In this document: positions 36,758-47,995 of the stretch, one piece after another
Layout: each line of letters begins with the position of its first letter
Numbering within the stretch: position 1 is the stretch's first letter
NCBI GenBank assembly: GCA_045128995.1
Contig: JBGVIW010000050.1
Span: 1,211-65,210, forward strand
Direction of reading: 5' to 3'
From: Ruminococcus sp.
Lineage (GTDB): Bacteria; Bacillota; Clostridia; Oscillospirales; Ruminococcaceae
Length of the DNA: 64,000 nucleotides
Made by a program: the position numbers and the translations under genes
The notes under the pieces: model-generated
Databases searched by the model: none
Told to the model about the DNA's origin: nothing
Seen by the model: the letters and a program-made list of their open reading frames with translations, nothing else

Positions 36758-37154
36758 AAAAAAATACCGGTCTTAATTGATCCCCTCTCAAAAAATCAAT
36801 AAAGACCGGTATTCACGATACGGACTGTGCACCCTCTATACACAGTACGTCAGCGGCAGCAGCACTATTTCCGTTGTGCATTGTAACATTTCAGCCTGAG
36901 AAAGATTCGTCAGGATCGGTTAAAGCGTTTAAAGCTGCTTTAGGCAGTCAGGCATATTATAGGCATTAATGCATGACAGCAGCTGTATGCTCAGTTTAGT
37001 AGAAAGACGATTGGTGCATCTATGCCGACGGAGTTTTAGATCGGCGAGGGCTGAACCAGGTTACAATCTGCCTTGATTTGCAGGACACATAAAAATGTAT
37101 CAAAAAAATGTTGAGGCCGGGCTATCGTTATTTTCACGATTTTTCTCAGCCAAC
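36758..37154 (-). ncRNA. Candidate large structured ncRNA (~400 nt), class not recognised
   Basis: TTGATT N17 TATAAT (37161-37189); no ORF of meaningful size; many nested helices; strong terminator AATACCGGTCTT/AAGACCGGTATT plus U run. Confidence 0.55.
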
Positions 37155-37701
37155 GATTGTATTATACCGTAAAGAACCGACAGAATCAACAGACAATATT
37201 GCCTATTTTTAGCACTTTGTTGCTTTGTTTTGTTATAAAATAATCGTTATCTTTATGTTAACAGAGATATATTTATAACCAATACATTTTCAGAACAAAT
37301 TGCGTCAGATTAACTCTTTGTGAATTAGTTTGTTTTAGATAAATAATCGTTTTTTCCCTGTTTTGCGTTGTTTTCAGTGTTTTCCAAATAACGCCCTGCT
37401 CTTCCTGACAACTTCATCCGCACTTCGGCAGTACAGCCTGATTCCTATTGGTTTCTTTTGTTATTTATTTTATTTTTCTTCCATCTCGCTCGGAGCCTCA
37501 AAAAAATAATTATTTTTTTATTTTAACTACTCCATCTCGCTTCCTCAACGTACTTTTTTGCCCTCAGATCGTGCCAATTGTGGATATGCACAAATATTGC
37601 ACGCTTTTTTCTACATCCGCCTTCGACCTTTTTTAAGCTTATTTCAAGATTTTATGTTATAATGTTGTTATAGATAAAAAAGCCCCGAGGAGGATTTGGA
37701 T

Positions 37702-38370
37702 ATGAGATTATTAGTCGTCGAGGATGAGGTTCAGCTCGCTGATGTTCTGACCGAGATCCTGAAAAGAAATAAATACGCTGTTGATACGGTTTATGACGGT
37801 ATCGATGGACTTGACTGCGCCCTGAGCGGCGTTTATGACTGCATTATTCTCGATATTCAGCTGCCCGGTATGAACGGTATCGAGATCCTGCGCAATATCC
37901 GCAGCGAAAAACTCTCCACACCTGTTCTTCTCCTCACCGCCAGAAGTGAGGTCGAGGATAAGATAAACGGTCTTGACTGCGGCGCTGATGATTACCTCAC
38001 CAAGCCGTTCGTTACCGGCGAGCTTCTTGCACGCATCCGTGCCCTCACAAGACGAAAGGGCGATCTCGTCGACGAGAATAACCTCTCGTTCAATTCCCTC
38101 GTCATCAATAAAGGCTCCTGCTCTATGAACTTCGGCGGCAGCGATGTTAAGCTCAGCCTTAAGGAGTTCCAGATCATGGAGCTGCTCATCGCCAACCCTA
38201 AGCAGATCCTCCCGAAGGAACGCATTATCGAGAAAATATGGGGCTATGAAAGCGATGTCGAGTACAATAACATCGAGGTCTACATATCCTTCCTAAGAAA
38301 AAAACTAAGCGCTATCGGCACTGACGTCCAGATCAAAACTGCCCGTGGTATCGGGTATTTCCTTGAATAA
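37702..38370 (+). CDS. OmpR-family response regulator
   Basis: LLVVEDE, IILDIQLPG, GADDYLTKPF, winged-helix output domain. Confidence 0.95.
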   Translation: MRLLVVEDEVQLADVLTEILKRNKYAVDTVYDGIDGLDCALSGVYDCIILDIQLPGMNGIEILRNIRSEKLSTPVLLLTARSEVEDKINGLDCGADDYLTKPFVTGELLARIRALTRRKGDLVDENNLSFNSLVINKGSCSMNFGGSDVKLSLKEFQIMELLIANPKQILPKERIIEKIWGYESDVEYNNIEVYISFLRKKLSAIGTDVQIKTARGIGYFLE

Positions 38371-38390
38371 CCGGAGGTGAAAGCTCTTAT

Positions 38391-40286
38391 ATGTTCCGAA
38401 AGCTTCAGCTTAAATTCTTTGCGTTCACTACTTCTGTGATCCTTGCACTCTTCGTTGCTATGCTCGTTGCCATTAATGTCATCATGGATGTCGTTATGCA
38501 GCAGGAATCCAAAGTCGTTCTGAAACAGATCGCCTCAAGCATCGAATATGATGAGGAGACTTCTACTTTTACTTACTTTGAACTGAGAAATCCTCCGCCG
38601 GATATCCCCGATCAGCCGCCTAAGGGCACTCCGCCGACAGAACCAAATAATGGTACAACATCCGGCACTGATGCTCCGACCGATCCTTCAACCGATGTTC
38701 CCGGTTCGTCTCAGGGATATTCCCCGACTGATCCCGTGGAAACTCTTCCGCCGCAGACTTCTGTGCCCTATACTCAGGGCGATACTACTCAGACCGCTCC
38801 GCAGACTTCTGCTCCAAGGCAGACTACAACTCAGCCCGCAAAGCCTACTGCTCCAAATATCCAGACAGGCATCCCTCAGGAGCCTGCTACCTCGTTCGAG
38901 GAGCCGCCGCAGGAACATCCTACTGAGCCTTATCCGCCTTTTGAAGAGCAGCCTCCAACTCGTCCGCCAAGAGAGGATCCGCCTTATGACGACCCTCATT
39001 ACAATGAGAATTACAACAATGATAACAACGATGATCGTCATGATAACGATTATCACCAGTACCCTGAGCCGATCGATCCTAATTTCCGGCAGTATTATGA
39101 GGCTCTGCCCTATGAGTCAGATGAGCCGACTGCTCCTGCTGTGACGACGGAAGCTGAGACTGCTCCGCTTTCATTCAGCACAGTTACCGACCAGTTGATC
39201 CCGCTCTCGGCAAGCATCGGTGTGCCTTTCAGCAATATTTCCCCTGCGGCTGTCGAAAACCAGAGATGGGAAGAGGCTCCTGTTCCAAAATCGCTTGGCT
39301 CTATTGAGTTCTTCGTGCTTATGGCTGACCAGAACGGAAATTATCTCGCTTCGCTCAATAATGACGACCTCACAAGCGATGTCGCTCAGAGCTACGTTAC
39401 TTCCGTTCTCGGAAAAAACGGCTCAGAGGGTATGCTCGATCAGCTTCAGTACTGCACCCTCGCAAAGCCTAACGGCACTATCATGGTCTTTACCGACAGA
39501 AGCGCTTCCTTCGATATGCTCGATCAGCTCACGCATACTACGATAATCATCGGTATCATCGCTTTCCTCTTTATCACTCTGCTGACATTCTTCCTCTCAA
39601 AAAAGAGCATCCAGCCTGTTAAAACTGCTTTTGAAAAGCAGAAACAGTTCATCTCCGATGCAAGCCATGAGCTTAAAACTCCGCTCACTATTATTTCTGC
39701 CAATACCGACGTTCTCGCTGACGAGATAGGCGATAACAAGTGGCTGGAATACATCCGCTCGCAGACCGACAGAATGAACATCCTTGTTAATGATCTGCTC
39801 AACCTGACCCGTCTGGAAAATAATACTGCTGCGGTGATTTTTACTGATTTCAACCTCAGCAAGGCGATAGAAAATACTGCTCTCCCGTTTGAGTGTCAGG
39901 CGTTCGAGATGAACCGAACTCTCGAGATCGACATTCAGGACAACATCGTCATTAATGGCAGCGAACAGCATATCAAGCAGATGGCTGCTATCTTTATCGA
40001 CAATGCTCTGAAGTATTCAAACGAGGGCGGTAAGGTTAGAGTTTCGCTTAAAACTCAGAACGATAAGCCCGTTCTTTCTGTTTACAACACCGGTATGGGT
40101 ATCAATGAATCCGAAAAGGATAAGATCTTCGAGCGTTTCTACCGCATCGATGACTCCCGTGCCAGAACTACCGGCGGTTACGGTCTCGGACTCGCTATCG
40201 CTAAGACTATCATCGACAAGCACAAGTTCAAGGTATCTATTGACAATACCGAGGGCGTTAGCGTATGCTTCAATATCTTTATGTAA
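38391..40286 (+). CDS. Sensor histidine kinase with a long Pro/Thr-rich extracytoplasmic region
   Basis: H box SHELKTPL, N box IDNALKY, G boxes IFERFYR and GGYGLGLAI; two TM segments. Confidence 0.92.
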   Translation: MFRKLQLKFFAFTTSVILALFVAMLVAINVIMDVVMQQESKVVLKQIASSIEYDEETSTFTYFELRNPPPDIPDQPPKGTPPTEPNNGTTSGTDAPTDPSTDVPGSSQGYSPTDPVETLPPQTSVPYTQGDTTQTAPQTSAPRQTTTQPAKPTAPNIQTGIPQEPATSFEEPPQEHPTEPYPPFEEQPPTRPPREDPPYDDPHYNENYNNDNNDDRHDNDYHQYPEPIDPNFRQYYEALPYESDEPTAPAVTTEAETAPLSFSTVTDQLIPLSASIGVPFSNISPAAVENQRWEEAPVPKSLGSIEFFVLMADQNGNYLASLNNDDLTSDVAQSYVTSVLGKNGSEGMLDQLQYCTLAKPNGTIMVFTDRSASFDMLDQLTHTTIIIGIIAFLFITLLTFFLSKKSIQPVKTAFEKQKQFISDASHELKTPLTIISANTDVLADEIGDNKWLEYIRSQTDRMNILVNDLLNLTRLENNTAAVIFTDFNLSKAIENTALPFECQAFEMNRTLEIDIQDNIVINGSEQHIKQMAAIFIDNALKYSNEGGKVRVSLKTQNDKPVLSVYNTGMGINESEKDKIFERFYRIDDSRARTTGGYGLGLAIAKTIIDKHKFKVSIDNTEGVSVCFNIFM

Positions 40287-40353
40287 ACTACATTATACTC
40301 TCTTTAAAACAGACTGCCGCATATTTTTACTGCGGCAGTCTGTTTTTTATATT

Positions 40354-41475
40354 TTACATATCGAAAATTATCTCTCTTGCAAGCTTTTCCTCGATTTTTG
40401 CAGCAAATACTCCATCCTCAAATTCCACTACATCTCCGATGCCCTTCTGGATAACGAATCTGAGCTGACCGTTTCTGACCTTTTTATCGGTGTAGAGCTT
40501 CTTCACAAGAGCCTCTCTGTCGATGTATTCGGGGATAGCTGTCGGGAGAGATGCCTTCTGAAGCAGTTCGATCACCCTGTCTCGCTGCTCCGCAGTAACA
40601 TATCCAAGCTTATACGCAAGCTTTACCTCTGCGGTGAGTCCGATCGCTACGGCTTCACCGTGTAGAAGCTGGTAACCGCTTACTGTTTCTATTGCTCGTC
40701 CGACTGTATGTCCGAGGTTGAGTATTTCCCTGAGTCCGCTTTCTCGCTCATCCTTCATTACGACCTCGTACTTGATACGGCAATTTTCGTTCGCTATATG
40801 CTCACAGGCAGTCTTGTCTATGCTCATTATCTCGTCCATGTGTTCGTCAAGATAATCAAACAGTTCACCGCTTGCGATGCAGGCATGCTTGATCGTTTCT
40901 GCCATTCCGCTGCGCACCTGTCTCTCAGGGAGACTTTTCCATGCGGCAATGTCGATATATACCTTTTCGGGCTGATTGAATAATCCAATCAGATTCGTTG
41001 CAAGCGGAGTATCAACGGCTGTTTTTCCGCCGACAGAGGCATCCGCTGCTGCAAGAAGTGTTGTTGCATAGTTGATGAACGGAACTCCTCTTCCGTAGGT
41101 ACCTGCAACAAAACCAGCAAGATCTGTTACAACGCCTCCGCCTACTGCTATGATACAGCAGTCTCTGCGGTAGCCCTTCTCAAGCATTGCGTCCTCTATA
41201 AGTTCCTTGGTCTGCCTTGTTTTGCTTGTCTCTCCAGCCTCGAAAACAAACAGGTCAGCACGATAAGCCTCGCCCCTCAGCTTTTCAAGTATCCTGTCGG
41301 CATACAGCTCCTTAACGTTACTGTCAGTGATAACGGCAAATTTATTGACTGCACCGACAAGTCCATTTTTTATATCAGCCATAAGCTTTTCCTCTAAGCC
41401 AAAGCCTATTTCGATCTCATAGCTGTCATCAACGACTCTTCTCAGCTCAACGTTAAAAATTCCCATAGCATTCAT
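40354..41475 (-). CDS. aroB: 3-dehydroquinate synthase
   Basis: AVGGGVVTDLAGF, DASVGGKTAV, LNLGHTVG, DKK. Confidence 0.93.
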   Translation of the reverse strand: MNAMGIFNVELRRVVDDSYEIEIGFGLEEKLMADIKNGLVGAVNKFAVITDSNVKELYADRILEKLRGEAYRADLFVFEAGETSKTRQTKELIEDAMLEKGYRRDCCIIAVGGGVVTDLAGFVAGTYGRGVPFINYATTLLAAADASVGGKTAVDTPLATNLIGLFNQPEKVYIDIAAWKSLPERQVRSGMAETIKHACIASGELFDYLDEHMDEIMSIDKTACEHIANENCRIKYEVVMKDERESGLREILNLGHTVGRAIETVSGYQLLHGEAVAIGLTAEVKLAYKLGYVTAEQRDRVIELLQKASLPTAIPEYIDREALVKKLYTDKKVRNGQLRFVIQKGIGDVVEFEDGVFAAKIEEKLAREIIFDM

Positions 41476-41632
41476 CGTTCCTTTATTTATAGTATAAGCT
41501 CACGCATTTTAAATTAAGTATACCACACTGCTCCTCAGAAGTCAATGCTGCATTAACACATATACAAAAGGCTGCTTCTGAAAAAATTCCAGAGGCAGCC
41601 TTGAAGCTGTATTCGATTTTATAACAGGATGG

Positions 41633-42163
41633 CTAAATTCTCTTTTTGAATCCGATCTTGTCAAGCGCTGCTCCTGCGGCGATATAGAGTATTGCACTTG
41701 CACCGACCTGTACTAAATATGACGGAGTCTGCGTGAAAGCTGCTATTATCGCTCCTGCCGAGAGGCTTCCTGTGATAACAATGCCCTCATAGAGGCTGTA
41801 GCCTGCTATGCACAAAATGAGAGATGGGATTATTGCTATAAGATTTCTGCGCACGAGGATCTTATCGCCTTTGCTGGTGAAAAACATCGCTGTCACGGCT
41901 TTTATGATGAGCGTCGCCGGCATCCATACTGCAAAACCAGTTAGTCCGTCAGAAAGTGCTCCGCCGATAGCTCCGGCTGCTGCGGCATACGGCATCGGCA
42001 GCAGACTCGCCGCAAGGTATATCAGTCCGTCTCCGGCGTGAGTATATCCCGCTCCGGTCGGTATGTGAAGGTAGGCTGTGAATACGAATATCAGCGCCGA
42101 GAAAAATCCAGTAAGAACCATCCTTCGGATCTTCACCGTGCTGGTTGTTTTTGCTGTCGGCAT
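41633..42163 (-). CDS. ECF transporter S component (TIGR04002-like)
   Basis: GYTHAGDGLIY, AIGGALSD; multi-TM. Confidence 0.85.
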   Translation of the reverse strand: MPTAKTTSTVKIRRMVLTGFFSALIFVFTAYLHIPTGAGYTHAGDGLIYLAASLLPMPYAAAAGAIGGALSDGLTGFAVWMPATLIIKAVTAMFFTSKGDKILVRRNLIAIIPSLILCIAGYSLYEGIVITGSLSAGAIIAAFTQTPSYLVQVGASAILYIAAGAALDKIGFKKRI

Positions 42164-42310
42164 ATTATCCACCTCTGATTTTAAATTTTTCTTAATTATA
42201 TCACCCGATCCCCTCTTTTTCAAGAGGTATTTTCAACAATATCTCCTAACTTCTGCCGCCATTTTAAGCTCTTTTTACATAACTGAGTTCAGTGGCGTGA
42301 CGTCACAACC

Positions 42311-42579
42311 TATTGAGGGAGACCCTTTTGAAAAAGGGTCCTCCTAACAGGAGCGAGTCCCCTCTGTCACTGCGTGACATCTCCCCACACTGTGGGGAGT
42401 CACCCTCAAACTCCCTCCCTAAAACTTTCGTATTAAATTTCAGCCTGACAGGGCACACTGTGAGAAATAAAAAAATTCTCATTTACTGAATTAAGTGTGC
42501 CCTGTCAGGCTGAAATTTGTATAAAAGTCTTTGGAAAGGGGTCTGGGGAAGAACCTTTCCTCAGAAAGGTTTTCCCCAG
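42311..42579 (+). repeat. REPIN-like palindromic element, copy B, with a second repeat inserted in the left arm
   Basis: Same flanks as copy A; central 24-bp arms AAATTTCAGCCTGACAGGGCACAC and its reverse complement; insert ~42345-42403 (TGTCACTGCGTGACA, CTCCCCACACTGTGGGGAG). Confidence 0.85.
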
Positions 42580-42677
42580 TAGGCGGTGAAAATCCCGTCA
42601 CTGAACTCAGGTATTACGAATTGCAAAAAGGACTGATTCCGGAGAATCAGTCCTTTAGTTTTTATCTTATTCAGGGA

Positions 42678-45134
42678 TTAGCCCATGATTACCTCAACAG
42701 TATGAACTCCGCCGTCCATTGCAGGGATTACGTTACCCTCAACAGCGTTACCGTCTACTGTCATGCTCTTTACGCCCTTGCATACGTGGTCAGGGTTCTT
42801 AACTGTGATCTCGTATGTTGCGCCACGGAACTTTCTTGTAGCTGTGAAGCCGTCCCACTCGTGCGGAATTGAAGGATCTACCTTAAGTCCATCCCAATCA
42901 GCAGCGATACCGAGGATGTACTGAGAAATAGCAACCATGTTCCATGCAGCAGTACCTGTAAGCCATGAGTTCTTTCCTTCACCAAATCTGCTTGCGTCCT
43001 TACCTGCGATCATCTGACCGTATACATAAGGCTCTGTCTTGTGAAGGTCAGAAATGTCCTCGTTGAATGCAGGAGCGATCTTGCTGTAGTACTCGAACGC
43101 CTTGTCACCTCTGCCGGCATAAGCCTCTGCGCAGATGATCCATGCGTTGTTGTGTGTGAAGATACCTGCGTTCTCCTTGTAACCGCCGGGATATGTAGAG
43201 ATCTCACCGTACTGGATGTAGTACTTGGAGAATGCGGGGTTATTAAGAACAAGACCATACTTTGTATTGAGGTACTTGTCGATAGATTCGAGAGTCTTGA
43301 TGTCAGCTCCCTCGTCCTTACCGATCTCGGACATTACAGCAAAGCCCTGAGGCTCGATGAAGATCTTACCTTCCTCGCACTCCTTGGAGCCCATCTTTGC
43401 GCCTGTAGAGTCATAAGCACGGAGGAACCAGTCGCCGTCGAAGGCATGCTTCATAACGTTGTCCTTCATCTTATCGATCTCTGCCTGTGCAGCAGCTGCC
43501 TCGTCGTCCTTGCCGAGGTGCTTGAGAATAGCAACATAGTTAGGACCTGCATATGTGAAGAGTGTTGCAACCATTACTGACTCAGCGATCTTGGAGTAGC
43601 CGCCCTCAGCTGCAAACTTGGGATTTGTATATGTCTGGAAGCTCTCGCCGGGAGTATCAGAGTAGCATGAGAGGTTGATACAGTCGTTCCAGTCAGCTCT
43701 CATTGCAAGCGGGAGTCCGTGAGGTCCGAGGTTGTTTACGATCTTATAGAAGGAAACCTTGAGGTGGTCGAGCATCGGCTTAGCCTTAGCCATATCGTTG
43801 TCATAGGGAACCATCTCATCAAGGAGTGACCAGTCGCCTGTTTCTCTGATGTATGCGGAAACAGAGAGGATCATCCACAGCGGATCGTCTGAGAAGTCGC
43901 CGCCGATATCGGAGTTACCCTTCTTTGTAAGAGGCTGATACTGGTGATAGCATCCGCCGTCCTCGAGCTGTGTTGAAGCGATATCGATGATACGCTCTCT
44001 TGCTCTGTCGGGAATCTGGTGAACGAAACCGAGGATATCCTGGTTAGAATCACGGAAGCCCATTCCTCTTCCGATTCCGCTCTCGAAGTAAGAAGCTGAA
44101 CGTGAGAGGTTGAATGTAACCATACACTGATACTGGTTCCAGATATTAACCATACGGTTTACCTTATCGTCTGATGTATTTACATTGAGAATTCCGAGAA
44201 GCTCGTCCCATGTTGCCTTAAGCTCTGCAAGACCAGCTGCTACCTTTTCAGGAGTATTGTACTGATCGATCATAGCAAGAGCCTTTTCCTTATTGATAGT
44301 TACGCCGTCAGCCTCGAACTTCTTGTCAACGGGCATCTCTACGTAACCGAGGATAAAGATGAGAGTCTTTGACTCGCCGGGAGCGAGAGTGATCTTCTTG
44401 AAGTGTGAAGCGATAGGTGACCAGCCGTCTGCAAATGAATTGTTAGCTTCGCCAGCCATTACTGCCTGAGGATCGTTGAATCCGTTGTAGAGTCCGATAA
44501 AGGAATCACGGTCTGTATCGTAGCCGTCGATAGCATCGTTTACTGTATAGAATGCGTAGTGATCACGTCTGTCTCTGTACTCTGTCTTGTGGTAGATAGT
44601 TGAGTCTACTACCTCAACACGGCCTGTTGAGAAGTTTCTCTGGAAGTTTGTGCAGTCGTCCTGTGCATCCCAGAGACACCACTCTGCAAATGAGAAAAGT
44701 GAGAAGCTCTTAGCCTCTGTGCCCTCATTTGTGAGCACTACCTGCTGAACCTCACCGTTGTAGTTCTGAGGAACGAAGAAAGTAACCTGTGCCTTGAGGT
44801 CATTCTTCTTACCTGTGATAACTGTATAGCCCATACCGTGACGGCACTCGTAGCTGTCAAGCTCTGTCTTTACAGGTGACCAGCCGGGATTCCATACAGT
44901 GCCGTTATCGTTGATATAGAAATAACGTCCGCCCATATCGATCGGTACGTTGTTGTAGCGATAACGTGTGATACGTCTGAGACGTGCATCCTTATAGAAG
45001 CTGTAGCCTCCTGCTGTGTTTGATATCAGCGAAAAGAAAGCCTGTGTTCCGAGGTAGTTGATCCACGGATACGGGGTTTTCGGGGAATTGATAACATATT
45101 CCTTATTAGCGTCGTCAAAAAATCCGAACTTCAT
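42678..45134 (-). CDS. cbp: Cellobiose phosphorylase (GH94)
   Basis: [66 protein letters not shown]. Confidence 0.92.
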   Translation of the reverse strand: MKFGFFDDANKEYVINSPKTPYPWINYLGTQAFFSLISNTAGGYSFYKDARLRRITRYRYNNVPIDMGGRYFYINDNGTVWNPGWSPVKTELDSYECRHGMGYTVITGKKNDLKAQVTFFVPQNYNGEVQQVVLTNEGTEAKSFSLFSFAEWCLWDAQDDCTNFQRNFSTGRVEVVDSTIYHKTEYRDRRDHYAFYTVNDAIDGYDTDRDSFIGLYNGFNDPQAVMAGEANNSFADGWSPIASHFKKITLAPGESKTLIFILGYVEMPVDKKFEADGVTINKEKALAMIDQYNTPEKVAAGLAELKATWDELLGILNVNTSDDKVNRMVNIWNQYQCMVTFNLSRSASYFESGIGRGMGFRDSNQDILGFVHQIPDRARERIIDIASTQLEDGGCYHQYQPLTKKGNSDIGGDFSDDPLWMILSVSAYIRETGDWSLLDEMVPYDNDMAKAKPMLDHLKVSFYKIVNNLGPHGLPLAMRADWNDCINLSCYSDTPGESFQTYTNPKFAAEGGYSKIAESVMVATLFTYAGPNYVAILKHLGKDDEAAAAQAEIDKMKDNVMKHAFDGDWFLRAYDSTGAKMGSKECEEGKIFIEPQGFAVMSEIGKDEGADIKTLESIDKYLNTKYGLVLNNPAFSKYYIQYGEISTYPGGYKENAGIFTHNNAWIICAEAYAGRGDKAFEYYSKIAPAFNEDISDLHKTEPYVYGQMIAGKDASRFGEGKNSWLTGTAAWNMVAISQYILGIAADWDGLKVDPSIPHEWDGFTATRKFRGATYEITVKNPDHVCKGVKSMTVDGNAVEGNVIPAMDGGVHTVEVIMG

Positions 45135-45307
45135 AATCATACTCCTTTTAATTCATATATGAGCTTATAAAAGCGGATAGCACCGCATTTACAAACATTA
45201 TACCATATTTTCTGTTTTATTACAATAGATTAGCGAAAAATTGCAGTGTATTATTTTCGGGTGGTATTTTGTGCAATTTCACCTAATCCAGCGATTTTAA
45301 AATAAAC

Positions 45308-46315
45308 CTAGAGTTTTGTGAAGAAATGCTGGCTGGTAGTGTATGTATCACCGGGCTTTACCTCGCAGTAGCCTGTGACGTCTGCCGGAAGTGAGAGGTT
45401 GGGGGCGTCGATCATTGCAGTCATTGGCTCGGGGCAGAAATATCCGTTGAAGCCTCTGTCGTTCCAGATGATCCAGAATTTGTACTCGTCGGATACCTCA
45501 TAGCAGATCTTCTTGCCGGATTCGATATCCTCTGCGATAACGCCGTGGAACTTCTCGTGGTCGAGGTAGGTGCATTCGCCAAAGTACATATCATTGGAGA
45601 TATCCTGAAGCACAGGGCACTTGTTTCCGGTCTTGTACTCGAGATCGTACATAGTGAGCGACTTAAGGCGCTCTGTCGGGAGGCATCTTTCGTTAAGCTC
45701 GCACTTCTTGCCGATCGGCACGGTAAGGCGGATATCGCCTTCTTTTCCGCCGTCGACGAACGGAGAATTGATAGTCGTATGCGAAGCAAGCGACATCGGC
45801 AGCATCTTTGTATCACAGTTGGTGAAGCTGATCGTCTGCTCAAGTCCGTACTGAGAGAGTGTGAAGGTGTACTCTGCAATGAACTTCACAGGAAGATACT
45901 GGAAGAACTCGTCTCTTGCATCGTAGACGTAGCGTGTCTTTACCCATGCGCAGTTGTTGTCGGAGTTATGCTCCACCACCTCGTGGACTCTCTTGTGAAG
46001 AAAGCCGTGAATGTGGTTGTTGTAGGGAGCTTTCTCATTCACGGGAAGCTGATATACTGCATCCGACGTCTTGAGCACTCCGTCCGCAAAGCGGTTCGGC
46101 AGATAAAGTGTAGGAAGTCCCCATACCTCGGCTGACTGCTTTATTGTATCGGCAGAGGTGTTGTCTTTGAAGCGGAAAAACTCAATTCCGTTGTTGTTGT
46201 CACGCAGACGGATAACGTTCGAGCCGATCTCATATGCAACGAGTGCCTCATATCCGCCCGCTGACAGCTTTACGCAAGTCGTTCCGTTGAAGTTGATAAG
46301 CTGGGTGGTATTCAT
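45308..46315 (-). CDS. Aldose 1-epimerase family protein
   Basis: PNRFADG, IHGFLH, HTT, FCPEP. Confidence 0.88.
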   Translation of the reverse strand: MNTTQLINFNGTTCVKLSAGGYEALVAYEIGSNVIRLRDNNNGIEFFRFKDNTSADTIKQSAEVWGLPTLYLPNRFADGVLKTSDAVYQLPVNEKAPYNNHIHGFLHKRVHEVVEHNSDNNCAWVKTRYVYDARDEFFQYLPVKFIAEYTFTLSQYGLEQTISFTNCDTKMLPMSLASHTTINSPFVDGGKEGDIRLTVPIGKKCELNERCLPTERLKSLTMYDLEYKTGNKCPVLQDISNDMYFGECTYLDHEKFHGVIAEDIESGKKICYEVSDEYKFWIIWNDRGFNGYFCPEPMTAMIDAPNLSLPADVTGYCEVKPGDTYTTSQHFFTKL

Positions 46316-46365
46316 TTTTATATCATTCCTTTCGGATTTTTAATTCAAAACTGTGATGATTATGC

Positions 46366-47736
46366 TCAGTCGATCCTGTTCTCCATGTCTGTATACGCTC
46401 TCATGGGAGAAACTGCCTTGTAGGCGGGTCTGATGATCTTATTGGAGTTGATAAGCTCCTCGATCCTGTGGGCTGACCAGCCGGCGATTCTTGAGGTTGC
46501 GAAAAGCGGAGTGAACAGCTCATCCGGAATTCCGAGCATTCTGTATACAAAGCCGCTGTAGAAATCTACGTTTGCGCATACGCCCTTATAAATGCGGCGC
46601 TCTGCTGCGATAACTTCGGGAGCGAGTCTCTCCACGAGTGAATAGAGTGCAAACTCGTCCTCTCTGCCCTTTTCTGCGGAGAGCTTCTCTACGAAGGACT
46701 TGAACACCTTTGCTCTCGGGTCGGAGATGGAGTATACTGCGTGTCCCATTCCGTAGATGAGTCCGGCGTTGTCGAATGCTTCCTTTCGCAGGAGCTTGCC
46801 GAGATATGCTCTTACCTCGTCCTCGTCCTTCCAGTCCTTTACCTGCTTCTTCATGTCGTCAAACATGAGTGCTACCTTGATATTTGCTCCGCCGTGCTTG
46901 GGCCCTTTGAGTGAACCGAGTGCTGCGGCGATCGCTGAATATGTATCAGTTCCTGAGGAGGATACTACGTGAACTGTGAAGGTTGAGTTATTTCCGCCGC
47001 CGTGCTCTGCGTGAAGCACCAGTGCAAGGTCGAGGATGCGTGCCTCAAGCTCGGTATATTTGCTGTCAGCACGAAGCATATAGAGCAGGTTCTCTGCTAT
47101 AGAAAGCTCCGGCTGGGGCTTGTGGATGAAGAGACTTTCGCCGTTTTTGGAGTAGTTGTATGCCTGATATCCGTAAACCGCAAGCATCGGGAAGAGTGTG
47201 ATAAGCTCGATGCTCTGGCGGAGGACGTTCGGGATGGAGATATCATTTGCGTTGTCATCGTATGAATAAAGCGCAAGCACGCTCTTTGCGAGGGTGTTCA
47301 TCATGTTGTCGCTCGGCGATTTCATTATGATATCTCTTGTGAACGAGGATGGAAGTGTTCTGAAGTCAGCGAGAAGCTTCCTGAACGACGCAAGCTCCTC
47401 GGATGACGGCATATTGCCGAAAAGAAGAAGATATATCGTCTCCTCAAAGCCATAGCGCTTCTCCTTGACGAAGCCGGCTACGATATCCTCTACGTCGATT
47501 CCTCTGTAGTAGAGCTTTCCTTCTCCACGGTTGAGGATGTGGTCGTCGTCTTCGATAACCTTGATCGTACTGATATTAGTCAGTCCTGCTACAACTCCGC
47601 TGCCGTTAATATCACGGAGTCCTCTCTTTACATCAAATATGGTATAAAGCTCCGGGTCGATCCTGTAGCCCTCAAGCGATTTATCAGCGAGGCGCTGTAC
47701 CTCCGGAGTAATTTTGGAAAAACCGTAGTCTGCCAT
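46366..47736 (-). CDS. gltA: Citrate synthase
   Basis: LHAEHGGGNNSTF, GPKHGGAN, GMGHAVY, NVDFYSG, SRIAGWSAH. Confidence 0.95.
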   Translation of the reverse strand: MADYGFSKITPEVQRLADKSLEGYRIDPELYTIFDVKRGLRDINGSGVVAGLTNISTIKVIEDDDHILNRGEGKLYYRGIDVEDIVAGFVKEKRYGFEETIYLLLFGNMPSSEELASFRKLLADFRTLPSSFTRDIIMKSPSDNMMNTLAKSVLALYSYDDNANDISIPNVLRQSIELITLFPMLAVYGYQAYNYSKNGESLFIHKPQPELSIAENLLYMLRADSKYTELEARILDLALVLHAEHGGGNNSTFTVHVVSSSGTDTYSAIAAALGSLKGPKHGGANIKVALMFDDMKKQVKDWKDEDEVRAYLGKLLRKEAFDNAGLIYGMGHAVYSISDPRAKVFKSFVEKLSAEKGREDEFALYSLVERLAPEVIAAERRIYKGVCANVDFYSGFVYRMLGIPDELFTPLFATSRIAGWSAHRIEELINSNKIIRPAYKAVSPMRAYTDMENRID

Positions 47737-47995
47737 TTTTCATCTTCCTTTCTTTTTATAATGCTATATAACTTTTATTATAATCTATTTCACCAAACTT
47801 GTCAAGCATACCACGTCCTGTCCATGGCAAAGAGAACAAAAATTTATAGGATATTTTTTTATATTGTAAATTGCTCTTGCAAAATAGTCTGGAATGTGTT
47901 ATCATTATTATGTATTATCCTCTCGGTTTATCCGGCAGGTTTTGCATTATTTTATCGAATAAACAACAACAACATATTTAACGGAGGTTATCAAT

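Noticed and set aside
37200-37640. GGA-rich minus-strand stretch with AGCGAGATGGA twice, as a CsrB-like sponge RNA
   Set aside because: No clear promoter/terminator pair and no hairpin-loop presentation of the GGA motifs; could be chance in a purine-rich strand.
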